A DNA stretch of 46,491 bases from a virus (taxonomy: Duplodnaviria; Caudoviricetes), in IMG/VR virus record IMGVR_UViG_3300015370_000023, positions 1 through 46,491 of that record; one strand, 5' to 3'. A program made the position numbers and the translations under genes. Of the stretch, positions 1 through 8,537 are shown piece after piece. Under the pieces are notes generated by a model, which searched no databases, was not told the origin of the DNA, and saw only the letters and a program-made list of their open reading frames with translations. The number at the start of each line of letters is the position of its first letter. Within the stretch, counting starts at the first letter, position 1.

Positions 1-375
1 GAAATTAAAGAGACTGAAATTTTATTTTTTGATAATGATTTAAATTTTTCTGTTAGAATTCATAAAAATTATAATTTTTTCATTATCAGGAATTTTAAGA
101 ATCTTGTAAAGATAGATAATGAAAAATTGGTTTATAGTTTATTATGCAATTCTAAAAATTTTGGTTTTGAGTATACTCAAAATATTTTAAATTTATTGGT
201 TTACAATGGCAATTCAAGCTTTAAATTATCTTTAAAAAATCAAGTTGTAACATGGTTTAATAATTGGATTAATGGAATTGTAAATAAATATAATAAACCA
301 CTATCTGAAAAACAATATACAGGATTGACGAAATACAATCCTGAAAATAGAAAATACTTAAATTATGCTTATTAG
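1..375 (+). CDS. 3' part of a hypothetical protein (starts before the window)
   Basis: Frame of the 127..375 ORF is open from base 1 (EIKETEILFF...); followed by a terminator-like hairpin. Confidence 0.6.
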   Translation, partial: EIKETEILFFDNDLNFSVRIHKNYNFFIIRNFKNLVKIDNEKLVYSLLCNSKNFGFEYTQNILNLLVYNGNSSFKLSLKNQVVTWFNNWINGIVNKYNKPLSEKQYTGLTKYNPENRKYLNYAY

Positions 376-411
376 AAAAATTTTAGAATAAAAAAATAAA
401 AAATTAGAATT

Positions 412-451
412 AATAAAATCCTGGAGAAAATAATCAGGATTTTATTTTTTT
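412..451 (+). terminator. Rho-independent terminator
   Basis: AATAAAATCCTG (412-423) pairs with CAGGATTTTATT (435-446), followed by a T-run, downstream of the first CDS. Confidence 0.6.
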
Positions 452-490
452 ATTTGTTGGTTTATTGGTTTATTTGTTGGATTGTAGGAT

Positions 491-622
491 TGATTGATAG
501 TGATTGATAGTGATTGATAGTGATTGTATTTTGTTGGATGGTAGGAATTGATTAGATATCAAATAGTTAAGTTAAGTTAATGATTAAGTTAAGTTAATGA
601 TTAAGTTAAGTTAATGATTAAG
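491..622. repeat. Short tandem repeats
   Basis: TGATTGATAG x3 (491-520); TTAAGTTAAGTTAATGA x3 (567-617) plus partial copies. Confidence 0.9.
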
Positions 623-671
623 TGGGTTTAAGATTTATAATACTTCAGCATAAAATCCCATGTTATGCGAA

Positions 672-705
672 TATATCACGTTGTGATATATCACGTTGTG
701 ATATA
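672..705. repeat. Tandem palindromic 15-bp repeat
   Basis: TCACGTTGTGATATA x2 (676-690, 691-705); TATATCAC-GTT-GTGATATA is self-complementary. Confidence 0.85.
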
Positions 706-740
706 CTTTTAATGCTATAATCTCCAATAATCAATCATCA

Positions 741-990
741 TTTAAGCCATTCTAAGGCGATTCTATAACCAATAGGTCATTATATATCATATCACTATAT
801 AAATCGCTTATTATCCTTTAAAATATCGTTAGAATGGATTGTATAGTATATTACAATGATATATAGTCAACGTATAGCACAACAACAAGAGACAACAAGA
901 GACAAGAGACAAGCGATTCCAGGCAATCAATCAAGCTTATTTGATCCATTGATACCACTATGCCATAGAATCGCCTTAAAATGGCTTAAA
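741..990. repeat. 26-bp inverted repeat pair
   Basis: TTTAAGCCATTCTAAGGCGATTCTAT (741-766) is the reverse complement of ATAGAATCGCCTTAAAATGGCTTAAA (965-990) at 25/26 positions. Confidence 0.9.
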
Positions 991-1001
991 ATGGCTTTAA
1001 A

Positions 1002-1031
1002 TGTTGTCATAATGTATATATTATGACAAGT
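1002..1031. other. Candidate dif/cer-like tyrosine recombinase core site (11-8-11)
   Basis: TGTTGTCATAA-TGTATATA-TTATGACAAGT; inner 9 bp of the arms are a perfect inverted repeat; shares CATAA-TGTATA...TTATG with E. coli dif. Confidence 0.55.
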
Positions 1032-1120
1032 TATTGACGCCTATGGCATGGCATAACATAGAATAAGACCGCCATACTTTACATGAATTAATAGAAAGAA
1101 TGTTCGAAAACCAGGGTAGG

Positions 1121-1397
1121 CACATCACATCACACACCCTACAAAACCCCCATCCAAAACACTCAACAAAATTAATCCAAAACAATCAAAAACCCCCTCA
1201 ACTCCCTCACCAAACTTCACAATAAAAACAATCCAAAACTCACAACAACTCCACAAAAACCCAAATCAAACCTACACAAAACCACTAACAAAAATCATCA
1301 CATAAAACAATACAAACCAAAAAACTATAAAAAATCTATCAAAAAACCAATAACACACCTAAATTATCCAACTCAATTAAATTTTCAAAAACAACAA
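1121..1397. other. 277-nt G-free, C/A-rich non-coding tract
   Basis: No G on the + strand between 1120 and 1398; non-periodic. Confidence 0.9.
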
Positions 1398-1418
1398 GCT
1401 ATCTAAAACAACAAAACA

Positions 1419-1709
1419 TTAAAAACAACTATAAAACTTTCCATTAAAAAAAGGTACGCTAATCACATTAATCTTACTCCCCCTATATTTCAAATTCTTA
1501 CTATAAACAGTATAAACCTTACCACCAATAACCTTCTCTCCCTTAACCATATAATCTTTTCTTGAAATTATAAAATTAAAATCCCAAAAATATAAAGAAA
1601 ATATAAAATCTAATCTTCCAGAATTAAACAAAACAACAAAAAATATTTCTCTACCCTTTTTATCTGCTTTAGTAAATCTGAAATATGGTTTTGAAAATAG
1701 ATTTTTCAT
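1419..1709 (-). CDS. Hypothetical protein
   Basis: 96-aa ORF overlapping the upstream ORF stop by 4 nt (ATGA coupling). Confidence 0.55.
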   Translation of the reverse strand: MKNLFSKPYFRFTKADKKGREIFFVVLFNSGRLDFIFSLYFWDFNFIISRKDYMVKGEKVIGGKVYTVYSKNLKYRGSKINVISVPFFNGKFYSCF

Positions 1710-2011
1710 ATTTTACCCTGTTCCTCAATCCAATCCCAATTTCTATAATCCCAATCCATATCCAAAATCTTATTTTCACTCACAACACTATAAGATTTTA
1801 TTACAATCCAATCATCTTCCCAACCACTTTTCCATTCACCTGATTCATCTATTTTTCCTTCTTCTCTTTTCAATCTTAAAACTTTACCTACAACAGCATA
1901 CTCTACAGGAATCCAACTAACATCAAGAATACTTATATTTCCAGATCTCTTACGCAGTAAACATTGTTGATACATTTGCTCTTGTTTCTTGCTAATATTT
2001 TTATCTCCCAC
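1706..2011 (-). CDS. Hypothetical phage protein
   Basis: 101 aa, GTG start, GGAGGTG RBS on the minus strand. Confidence 0.75.
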   Translation of the reverse strand: MGDKNISKKQEQMYQQCLLRKRSGNISILDVSWIPVEYAVVGKVLRLKREEGKIDESGEWKSGWEDDWIVIKSYSVVSENKILDMDWDYRNWDWIEEQGKI

Positions 2012-2046
2012 ATTACACCTCCTATATACCTAAATTAACTCTATTT

Positions 2047-2322
2047 CTAAATTAACTCTTCTTCACTACAGCCAATAACTTCATATTCAGTAATATTGAA
2101 TCCTAATTCAGCATTGATCAATACTTTTACATCAATCCTTCCTCTGGCTCTTCTGGCATAGTATTTCCAGCATTCATAACAAAAGTCTAAATTATTACCA
2201 CTACTATCCTTTACCTTTACTTCAGAAAGAGTAGTAAATTTATTTTGATCTATATAAAACTTACCAGGAATGATTCCTCCACAACTATCACACTTAATTA
2301 TTTTTACATTTATTTCACTCAT
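2047..2322 (-). CDS. Small zinc-ribbon protein
   Basis: CDSC...CYEC pairs; AGGAG RBS. Confidence 0.75.
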   Translation of the reverse strand: MSEINVKIIKCDSCGGIIPGKFYIDQNKFTTLSEVKVKDSSGNNLDFCYECWKYYARRARGRIDVKVLINAELGFNITEYEVIGCSEEELI

Positions 2323-2356
2323 TTATCAATCTCCTATTCTTCTTATTCTATGATCA

Positions 2357-2992
2357 CTAAAATTTCACACATTCCATTTTACCATCTCTTAAATCAGGAC
2401 TATATCTTCCAAGAATATAATCTGGTCTTCTTTGATCAGATTGTACACAACAGGCAATAATTCTCCATCCATCATCAAGTAATCCTTGTAAGCTTTCAGT
2501 ACAATAATCAACTGCATATCCTGTTTGGTTGATATTCAATAATCCTAAATTACCAACATGAACATCACATTTTTGATTGAATTCCATAGATTGATTAAAT
2601 TGTTTTAAAGTATTCTCAAATTTATCATAAATATAAGTCATTTGTTGAATCACTGAAAAATAATTACTGCTAGGCTCAATTGATTTTGGCAATCCTCTAA
2701 CTAGAATTTTTATATTAGGATGTAATCCAAGAAATGTTTCTAAATCAGTTAGATATTCTTTTTTATTATCAAGACCAACGAACATTGATTCTCTTACAAG
2801 TTCTTTCTTACCAGAAATAACATCCTCATCATCTTTATCAAAACTATGATTCCAATTATAAAATTTTACATCTTTATTTTCTTTGTTTATACAATAAGTC
2901 TCATATTCAATTTTATCTGCCAATGTGCTTTCTAATTTTTCTAATTCTTGTTTAGATATTTTTTGATTTTCAAAACTAATTCTTGCAAACAT
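2357..2992 (-). CDS. Hypothetical phage protein
   Basis: 211-aa ORF with AAGGA RBS; C-terminal LDDGWRIIACCVQSDQRRPDYILGR looks like a conserved globular motif. Confidence 0.8.
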   Translation of the reverse strand: MFARISFENQKISKQELEKLESTLADKIEYETYCINKENKDVKFYNWNHSFDKDDEDVISGKKELVRESMFVGLDNKKEYLTDLETFLGLHPNIKILVRGLPKSIEPSSNYFSVIQQMTYIYDKFENTLKQFNQSMEFNQKCDVHVGNLGLLNINQTGYAVDYCTESLQGLLDDGWRIIACCVQSDQRRPDYILGRYSPDLRDGKMECVKF

Positions 2993-3163
2993 ATTTTATT
3001 ATTTTCCTTTCTTTATTTTAATTTTTATTTTTATCTTCTTATTTTTTTGTCGTAAACGCCGTAGGCAATTTAAAAAATTTTTTGTAAGCAATTTTACTGG
3101 TGTACACTATTTCTCTCTTTAAGAGTTCTTTACTTTCTTTTCTTTCTTTTATATATTCTTTAA

Positions 3164-3276
3164 TAGGTTCTTTTTAGCAACAGGTGTATTGTTCTTTTTA
3201 ACAACGATGTGTGTTGTTTTTAACAACGATACATCGTTCTTTTTAACAACGATGAATTGTTACTAAAAACAACAAT
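3164..3276. repeat. Iteron-like array (candidate replication origin)
   Basis: Five 21-bp imperfect palindromes starting at 3164, 3188, 3210, 3233 and 3256 (e.g. ATCGTTCTTTTTAACAACGAT), 22-24 bp period, near an AT-rich tract (about 2993-3050). Confidence 0.7.
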
Positions 3277-3298
3277 ACTTTTAATGATTTCAAAGATT

Positions 3299-3811
3299 TT
3301 ACCAGGAATATTCATCATTATTTTCATCATTTCTTTCTTCATTTTTTTTATTTTTTTCTTTTTCTTTTTGGATTATTTTTTCTTTTATTTTTTCACGACC
3401 TGTTTCTTGATATCTTTGTCTTTGATAATTTGTTTTGAGATAAGCCTTTTTTTCTTTATTCTTCAATTGATAAATATTTTTTGAAACAGGTCTGTACCAG
3501 TTAGCACTATTTAATTTCTCTTCTAAAGTCATTTGAGATTTATTGACTTTTTCAATTAGTTTGTCTTTTAATAAAAGTTGGATGGCTTTTCTTACACTTG
3601 ACCAACTCAATTGAAGTTCATTTCCTATGGCAACTTCTGATTTAGTACAACATCTTTTATCTCCAGACATTGCGTATTTTGAATAATTAGCAATAACTGA
3701 AAATACCATAGAGGGAATTACTCCATAATGATTCAACATATCTTTATAAACTTTAAAATATTCAAGACCAGATCCATCTTCAAAATAACCTTTATTTTCT
3801 TGATTAGTCAT
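3299..3811 (-). CDS. HTH DNA-binding protein, putative replication initiator
   Basis: Likely start MTNQ at 3811 (AAGGA RBS); winged-HTH-like KSEVAIGNELQLSWSSVRKAIQLLLKDKLIEK; adjacent to the iteron array. Confidence 0.6.
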   Translation of the reverse strand: MTNQENKGYFEDGSGLEYFKVYKDMLNHYGVIPSMVFSVIANYSKYAMSGDKRCCTKSEVAIGNELQLSWSSVRKAIQLLLKDKLIEKVNKSQMTLEEKLNSANWYRPVSKNIYQLKNKEKKAYLKTNYQRQRYQETGREKIKEKIIQKEKEKNKKNEERNDENNDEYSW

Positions 3812-3861
3812 ATTTTTTCCTTTTATATTTTTTAATAATGCTATTTTTGATAGCAAACAAA

Positions 3862-3890
3862 TTTATAACATGATATTTCATTGTTGTCAA
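3862..3890 (-). promoter_or_regulatory. Sigma70/sigmaA-type promoter for the HTH gene
   Basis: Minus strand TTGACA (3890-3885), 17-nt spacer ending TGn, then TATAAA (3867-3862). Confidence 0.65.
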
Positions 3891-3900
3891 GAACAACGAT
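3880..3900. promoter_or_regulatory. Single iteron-like operator overlapping the -35 box
   Basis: ATTGTTGTCAAGAACAACGAT matches the array consensus ATyGTT-N6-AACAACrAT. Confidence 0.6.
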
Positions 3901-3925
3901 ACTTTTTTCTAAAACTCATTTTCAC

Positions 3926-3954
3926 TTGACAAAAAATATGTTCTATGATAACAT
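3926..3954 (+). promoter_or_regulatory. Sigma70/sigmaA-type promoter for the RNA polymerase operon
   Basis: TTGACA (3926-3931), 17-nt spacer with extended TG (3946-3947), TAACAT (3949-3954). Confidence 0.65.
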
Positions 3955-4112
3955 TCATTTTAGTAAACCAGTGTAGATTTTATTTTTATTATTAGAATAT
4001 TATTTGCGCTACGCTGGTTTACCAGACAAAATAATTAATAAAAGAATTATCTATATTATACACAACATTATTGGTATGCACAAGGGAATAAGGAGTAAAA
4101 TAAAAAACAAAA

Positions 4113-4463
4113 ATGTCACACAATAAAAGTTTATTAGAAAGAATAAAAATATTTGAAGAAGAAGATTTAGAAGATGTTTACCTGGAAAATTTTTCTGAAG
4201 TGAGTTTTGAAAATATAGATATTGATGAAGATGATCCTTACAATGAATGTTACAATAAATTTTATGAGTTTTTATTAGATGAAGCCATAGAACAAGATGA
4301 ACAATATATATGTAGAAATGAATTTGATTGGGAAGAAATGTCTTATTATAGATTTGAAATAAATGGTGAAAACATATTGGATTATCATTATGATGAATAT
4401 TCGTGTGGAAATTGGGATGAAGATATAAATAAAACATTGGTTGAAATAAAAACATTAGAATAA
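4113..4463 (+). CDS. Highly acidic hypothetical protein
   Basis: 116 aa, very D/E-rich; AGGAG upstream though somewhat distant. Confidence 0.65.
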   Translation: MSHNKSLLERIKIFEEEDLEDVYLENFSEVSFENIDIDEDDPYNECYNKFYEFLLDEAIEQDEQYICRNEFDWEEMSYYRFEINGENILDYHYDEYSCGNWDEDINKTLVEIKTLE

Positions 4464-4481
4464 AAAAGAAAGGATAATATT

Positions 4482-4628
4482 ATGCATCTAATTGTAGGAC
4501 TACTTCTAGCAGCTATTTTTAATTCAGGGAATAAAGAAAAAGTAAAATCTGGAGAATATGTTGTTGTTGGAAAAGGGAACAATAGAAAATTAAAAGATAA
4601 AAAAACTGGAATGTATATAGTTACTTAG
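4482..4628 (+). CDS. Small hypothetical protein (48 aa, not in ORF track)
   Basis: AAGGA RBS then MHLIVGLLLAAIFNSGNKEKVKSGEYVVVGKGNNRKLKDKKTGMYIVT*. Confidence 0.5.
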   Translation: MHLIVGLLLAAIFNSGNKEKVKSGEYVVVGKGNNRKLKDKKTGMYIVT

Positions 4629-4672
4629 TTTTTTATCTTTTTTTTAATTTTAATAGAAAGGAAAATAATAAT

Positions 4673-6295
4673 TTGAAAAAACTTCAGCAATATTATATAT
4701 TCAAAATTTCAACAAACAGATTGAAAAGACAAAATTATAAAATGAAATTGGATATAAAAAATGCTAGAAAATCCGGTGAAATAGTTTCCATTGGAGATTC
4801 TCAGGCATTGCGAAGTCTTAGAGAAATAAAAGGAATAAACACAGATGAACAAAAAATAAATGATTTATTAATAGAAAGAAAAAGAATAAAAAGAAGAAAA
4901 TCATCAGATGAAAACTCAGAAAGATTAATTGAAATAGATAAAGACATAGATAATATGCTTTTTGTTCCAGAAATAGTTTCAGTTTTTGTTGAAAATAAAG
5001 CACATTATAAATATATTGGAAAGAATGGTTTTTATTTGAATGATAAAAAATTTGTTAGATTTTCTTGTGGAGCAGGTCAAGCAAGAAGAAATAATGCCTT
5101 ATTTATTAATGAAGAATATGAACAACAATTAAAAACAATTTTAAACAATGGTAGGGAAGACATTGAAATTACACCTGCTAAATTTAATGCTTATTTTGCA
5201 CTTTCTACATCGGCTGCTATTCCTGTTTCCGAACCTTATTTTTGTGTTGTTGCCGATAAAGAAGTAGAAAGAATAGAAAAAGTAGATTTTATTTATGAAA
5301 TTAATAATGAAGATGATGTTGTAAAAGAAGAAAATAAAAAAATAACATTCAACTTATGGGACGGACAAGGAATTATATCTCCTAAAATGGCTAAAAAATG
5401 GGCTAATGACCTTGAATTAGACTACATTCCCTCTTCTTTTATAGTTAGATCAAATTTCATAAAAGGTCTTGTTGTAGTAATTGATTTTCATAAATTTTCA
5501 GACGAAATAGGCAAACGTTTTATAACAGATATTTATGGTGATAAAATAAATATAAGAGATATGGACATTATTTTAACTCAATCTCAATTTAAGTTATGGA
5601 ATGCTTTTTCTTCTATTTCGGATTATAAAAAGAAGTTAAGGGAAAATAAATTAAAATGGTCTATATCTAGAGTTGCTCCAAAGAGTGAATCTAAACATAC
5701 ATTTTTAAATTATCAATTTGTTCAATCATTAAATTTAAATGATAAATCAATTAAAAATTTATGTGAACCAACATTAAATTATTTTAAAAATATAACTAAA
5801 GAAGATATAAGATATACGTTACTTTATCTTTTAGGAAAATTTTCTGATGAAGAATATGATGAAAATATTTTTAAAAAAATAAATGATAAAATAACAAGGG
5901 CAATTATTTTAAACAATAAAATTTTAGAAGATCCTTATATCAAGAAATATTTATTGCATAGTTTAAATAAAAAAATAAAAGAATCATATATTGGAAATTT
6001 AATAGTTGATGGATCTTATACAATGATGATAGCAGATCCTTATGCCTTTTTAGAATATTTATTTGATTTACCCATTGAGGGTCTTCTAAAAAGAGATGAA
6101 CACTATAATCAATATTGGTTGAATAAAGGAGAAAAAAAACTTGCTGCTTTACGTGCTCCATTAACATGGAGAAGTGAAGTAAATATTTTAAATTTGAAGA
6201 TTTCTGAAAAAATACAAGAGTGGTTTCAATATCTTAATTCTTGTGTTGTTTATAACGTTTTTGGAAATGATTGTTTGATACACGGTGGATCGGAT
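4673..6295 (+). CDS. yonO: YonO-like single-subunit DNA-dependent RNA polymerase, exon 1
   Basis: Double-psi-barrel polymerase motifs DGQGIIS, IVRSNFIKG, LRAP; ends at HGGSD, the first Asp of DFDGD; SPbeta-like position at the head of the late region. Spliced product 921 aa. Confidence 0.9.
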
Positions 6296-7394
6296 TAATA
6301 ATATAGTCCCCTTATATGGTGACATATAAGTGAAAACTTGGTGAACTACTAAATAGTAGGTGTAGAAAGAAATTTCTGCTAACGGTGAAAATCTAAGTTA
6401 TAAAATTATAAAATATAAAATCATAAAATTATAAAAGGTAATGAATTTTGAATAAGTTTTACGTTTATGAATGGTACAATGTAGATACAGGAGAAATTTT
6501 TTATATTGGAACAAGCGGAAGAAAATACCGATATAAAGAATATAATCCAAAGAAAAGAAATAAATTATTTACCGAATACTATAATACACATAAATGCTCT
6601 TCCAGAATAATAAAAAATAATTTAACTCAAGAAGAAGGTTGGAATTTAGAAATAGAATTTATTAAAAAATATAAATCTGAAAATCACCCTTTAACAAATT
6701 TAACTCCTGGTGGACATTTTCCTCCAATTATGTATGGTGAAGATAATCCTATGTTTGGAAAAGAACATACAGATGAAACAAAAGAAAAATTAAGTTTTAT
6801 TAATTCCGATGGCAGACACGCAGGAAAAAATAATTCTCAGTACGGTGTTTCTTTAAAAGATAGAATGGATTCTCAAACATACAAAAGATGGATTAAAAAA
6901 CACCAAGGAAAAATTGGTGATAAAAATCCTAATTTTGGAAATAAAAAATTATCTAACTATTATTCTGAGCATCCAGAAGAGGCATTAAGACTTCAATCAA
7001 GAAAAGGAATTAAAAATGGAAGAGCCACTCCTATAAAAATGCTTGATAATAAAGGAAATTTAATTAAAGAATTTGCATTTATCCGCTTATGTGCAGAATA
7101 TTTAATGTCTTCAAATATTTCAAAAAGTAAAAAGATACAAACAATTTATTCCAATATTTATAATGCAAACAAAAATAATTCTTTATATTTGGGTTATAAA
7201 TTTTCTTACTAATTTTTATAATTTTATAATATGATAATACCGTGTGAAGTCTTGAAAAAAGAAACATGTAACGACTATTCCGAAAGGAAGTAACTTGCAG
7301 GTGAAACTCCTGCTTGTGAAGCGCCAAGGCACTTTTATAGTGTAAGAGATAGTCTACTCCCCTAATAAATATCGGGAAACCGAGGGTATAAAGG
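6296..7394 (+). ncRNA. Group I self-splicing intron in the RNA polymerase gene
   Basis: P1 GGAU^UA/UAGUCC with U.G at the 5' splice site; P3 CUUGGUG (6337)/CGCCAAG (7322); P4 ACGGU/ACCGU; P7 GUAACGACUAU.../GAUAGUCUA; terminal G7394; removal restores the frame and DFDGD. Confidence 0.93.
6448..7212 (+). CDS. Intron-encoded GIY-YIG homing endonuclease with NUMOD3-like repeats
   Basis: FYVYEWYNVDTGEIFYIG...RY, later conserved E and LTNLTPGG; GEDNPMFGKEHTDETKEKLS, GDKNPNFG repeats; looped out by the TTATAAAATTATAAAA/TTTTATAATTTTATAA stem. Confidence 0.88.
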   Translation: MNKFYVYEWYNVDTGEIFYIGTSGRKYRYKEYNPKKRNKLFTEYYNTHKCSSRIIKNNLTQEEGWNLEIEFIKKYKSENHPLTNLTPGGHFPPIMYGEDNPMFGKEHTDETKEKLSFINSDGRHAGKNNSQYGVSLKDRMDSQTYKRWIKKHQGKIGDKNPNFGNKKLSNYYSEHPEEALRLQSRKGIKNGRATPIKMLDNKGNLIKEFAFIRLCAEYLMSSNISKSKKIQTIYSNIYNANKNNSLYLGYKFSY

Positions 7395-8537
7395 TTTGAT
7401 GGTGACATAGTATGTATAACAAACAATCAAGAAGTAATTAATGGTGCATATAGAGGTTTGCCAATTGATTATGAAAATAAAAAAGCACCAAAAGAAAAAA
7501 TATGTGAAAAAAACTTATATTTAGCGGACATCGATGGTTTTAACTCTAAGGTCGGATTTGTTACAAATGTTGCGACTACTGCATTTGCTATGCTTCCTTT
7601 ATTTAAAGAAAATACAGAAGAATATTCTGAATTGATAGACAGGCTGAAAAGACTAAGAAAAGAACAAGGAAGTACAATTGATGCAACTAAAGGCTTAGAA
7701 ATTAAACCATTTCCTATTCATTGGACTAAATGGAATAAAATAAACGAAGATGATTCTAATGAAATAAAAAATAAAAAAAGATTTTTGAACAATATTACAA
7801 TAAATAAAAGACCTTATTTTATGAGATATGTTTATTCTCATTATAATAAAGAATACCTAATCTATTTAAATAAGTGGAAAGACAATGTTAGATTCAATGT
7901 TAATAAAACTTTAGACGAACTATTAATTGAAGAAAATTTAAGTCAAAAAGAAAAAAGTCTTATAAATAATTATAATAAATATCATCCTTTTTTAGAAACA
8001 AGTTGTACAATGAATAAAATTTGTTGGAATATGGAGAAAAATATTTCACAATTAAAAATTAGTTTAAAGCAAGAAATAACCGATGATATTATTTTACTAT
8101 TGAAAAATAAAGATATTCAAACAGATCCCAAAAAATATAAACAACTATATGATTTGTATAAAAAATATAAAAGTGAAAAAAGAAATTTCTCAAAAATTAA
8201 AAATTTAGATGACAATATTAAATTTAGAAGCATTGATCAATTTAATAAATATATTCGACAGGAAGCTAATTACATTTCTTCTAATGGGTCTGAGTTGGCA
8301 AATATGGCTGTTGATATTTGTTACATTACTCATCCTAATGATAATAAAAATTTTTTATGGAGTGTTTTTGGGGATGATTTATTAGAAAATATTTACTTAA
8401 ATAGACAAGAAAACATACTTGTTCCTTTTTTGGATAAATTTGGAGATATAGAATATCTTGGGAATAAATATAAAATGAAAAAAATAAATATTGATGATAT
8501 ATATGATAACGAGGATTTTTATGAATATAGTCTTTGA
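7395..8537 (+). CDS. yonO: YonO-like RNA polymerase, exon 2
   Basis: Begins FDGDIVCITNN, in frame with the 7458..8537 ORF; contains VGFVTN, QGSTIDATKG, RPYFMRYVY. Confidence 0.9.
   Translation, partial: FDGDIVCITNNQEVINGAYRGLPIDYENKKAPKEKICEKNLYLADIDGFNSKVGFVTNVATTAFAMLPLFKENTEEYSELIDRLKRLRKEQGSTIDATKGLEIKPFPIHWTKWNKINEDDSNEIKNKKRFLNNITINKRPYFMRYVYSHYNKEYLIYLNKWKDNVRFNVNKTLDELLIEENLSQKEKSLINNYNKYHPFLETSCTMNKICWNMEKNISQLKISLKQEITDDIILLLKNKDIQTDPKKYKQLYDLYKKYKSEKRNFSKIKNLDDNIKFRSIDQFNKYIRQEANYISSNGSELANMAVDICYITHPNDNKNFLWSVFGDDLLENIYLNRQENILVPFLDKFGDIEYLGNKYKMKKINIDDIYDNEDFYEYSL

Noticed and set aside
1094-1106. Gram-positive-type LexA box (GAAA-GAAT-GTTCG)
   Set aside because: One mismatch in the core and no promoter or gene start nearby.
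491-3276. CRISPR array interpretation of the repeats
   Set aside because: Repeats are contiguous or separated by only 1-3 nt, with no unique 30-40 nt spacers; no cas genes.
3040-3298. Frameshifted continuation of the HTH gene through the iterons
   Set aside because: All three minus-strand frames hit stops within the repeat region when translated by hand.
3257-5003. Opposite-strand ORFs 3257..3484, 4051..4455, 4388..4582, 4818..5003 and similar short shadows elsewhere (e.g. 5940..6167, 14614..14865, 22828..23064, 34587..35048, 42824..43048)
   Set aside because: Low-complexity F/L/I/S-rich mirrors of real genes, without RBS or motifs.
7079-7426. Minus-strand 115-aa ORF
   Set aside because: Overlaps the intron catalytic core; better explained as a shadow ORF.
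4673-8537. RNA polymerase as a pseudogene, a naturally split two-subunit enzyme, or an intein
   Set aside because: The insert starts with a stop codon, has group I RNA pairings and restores the frame precisely on removal.
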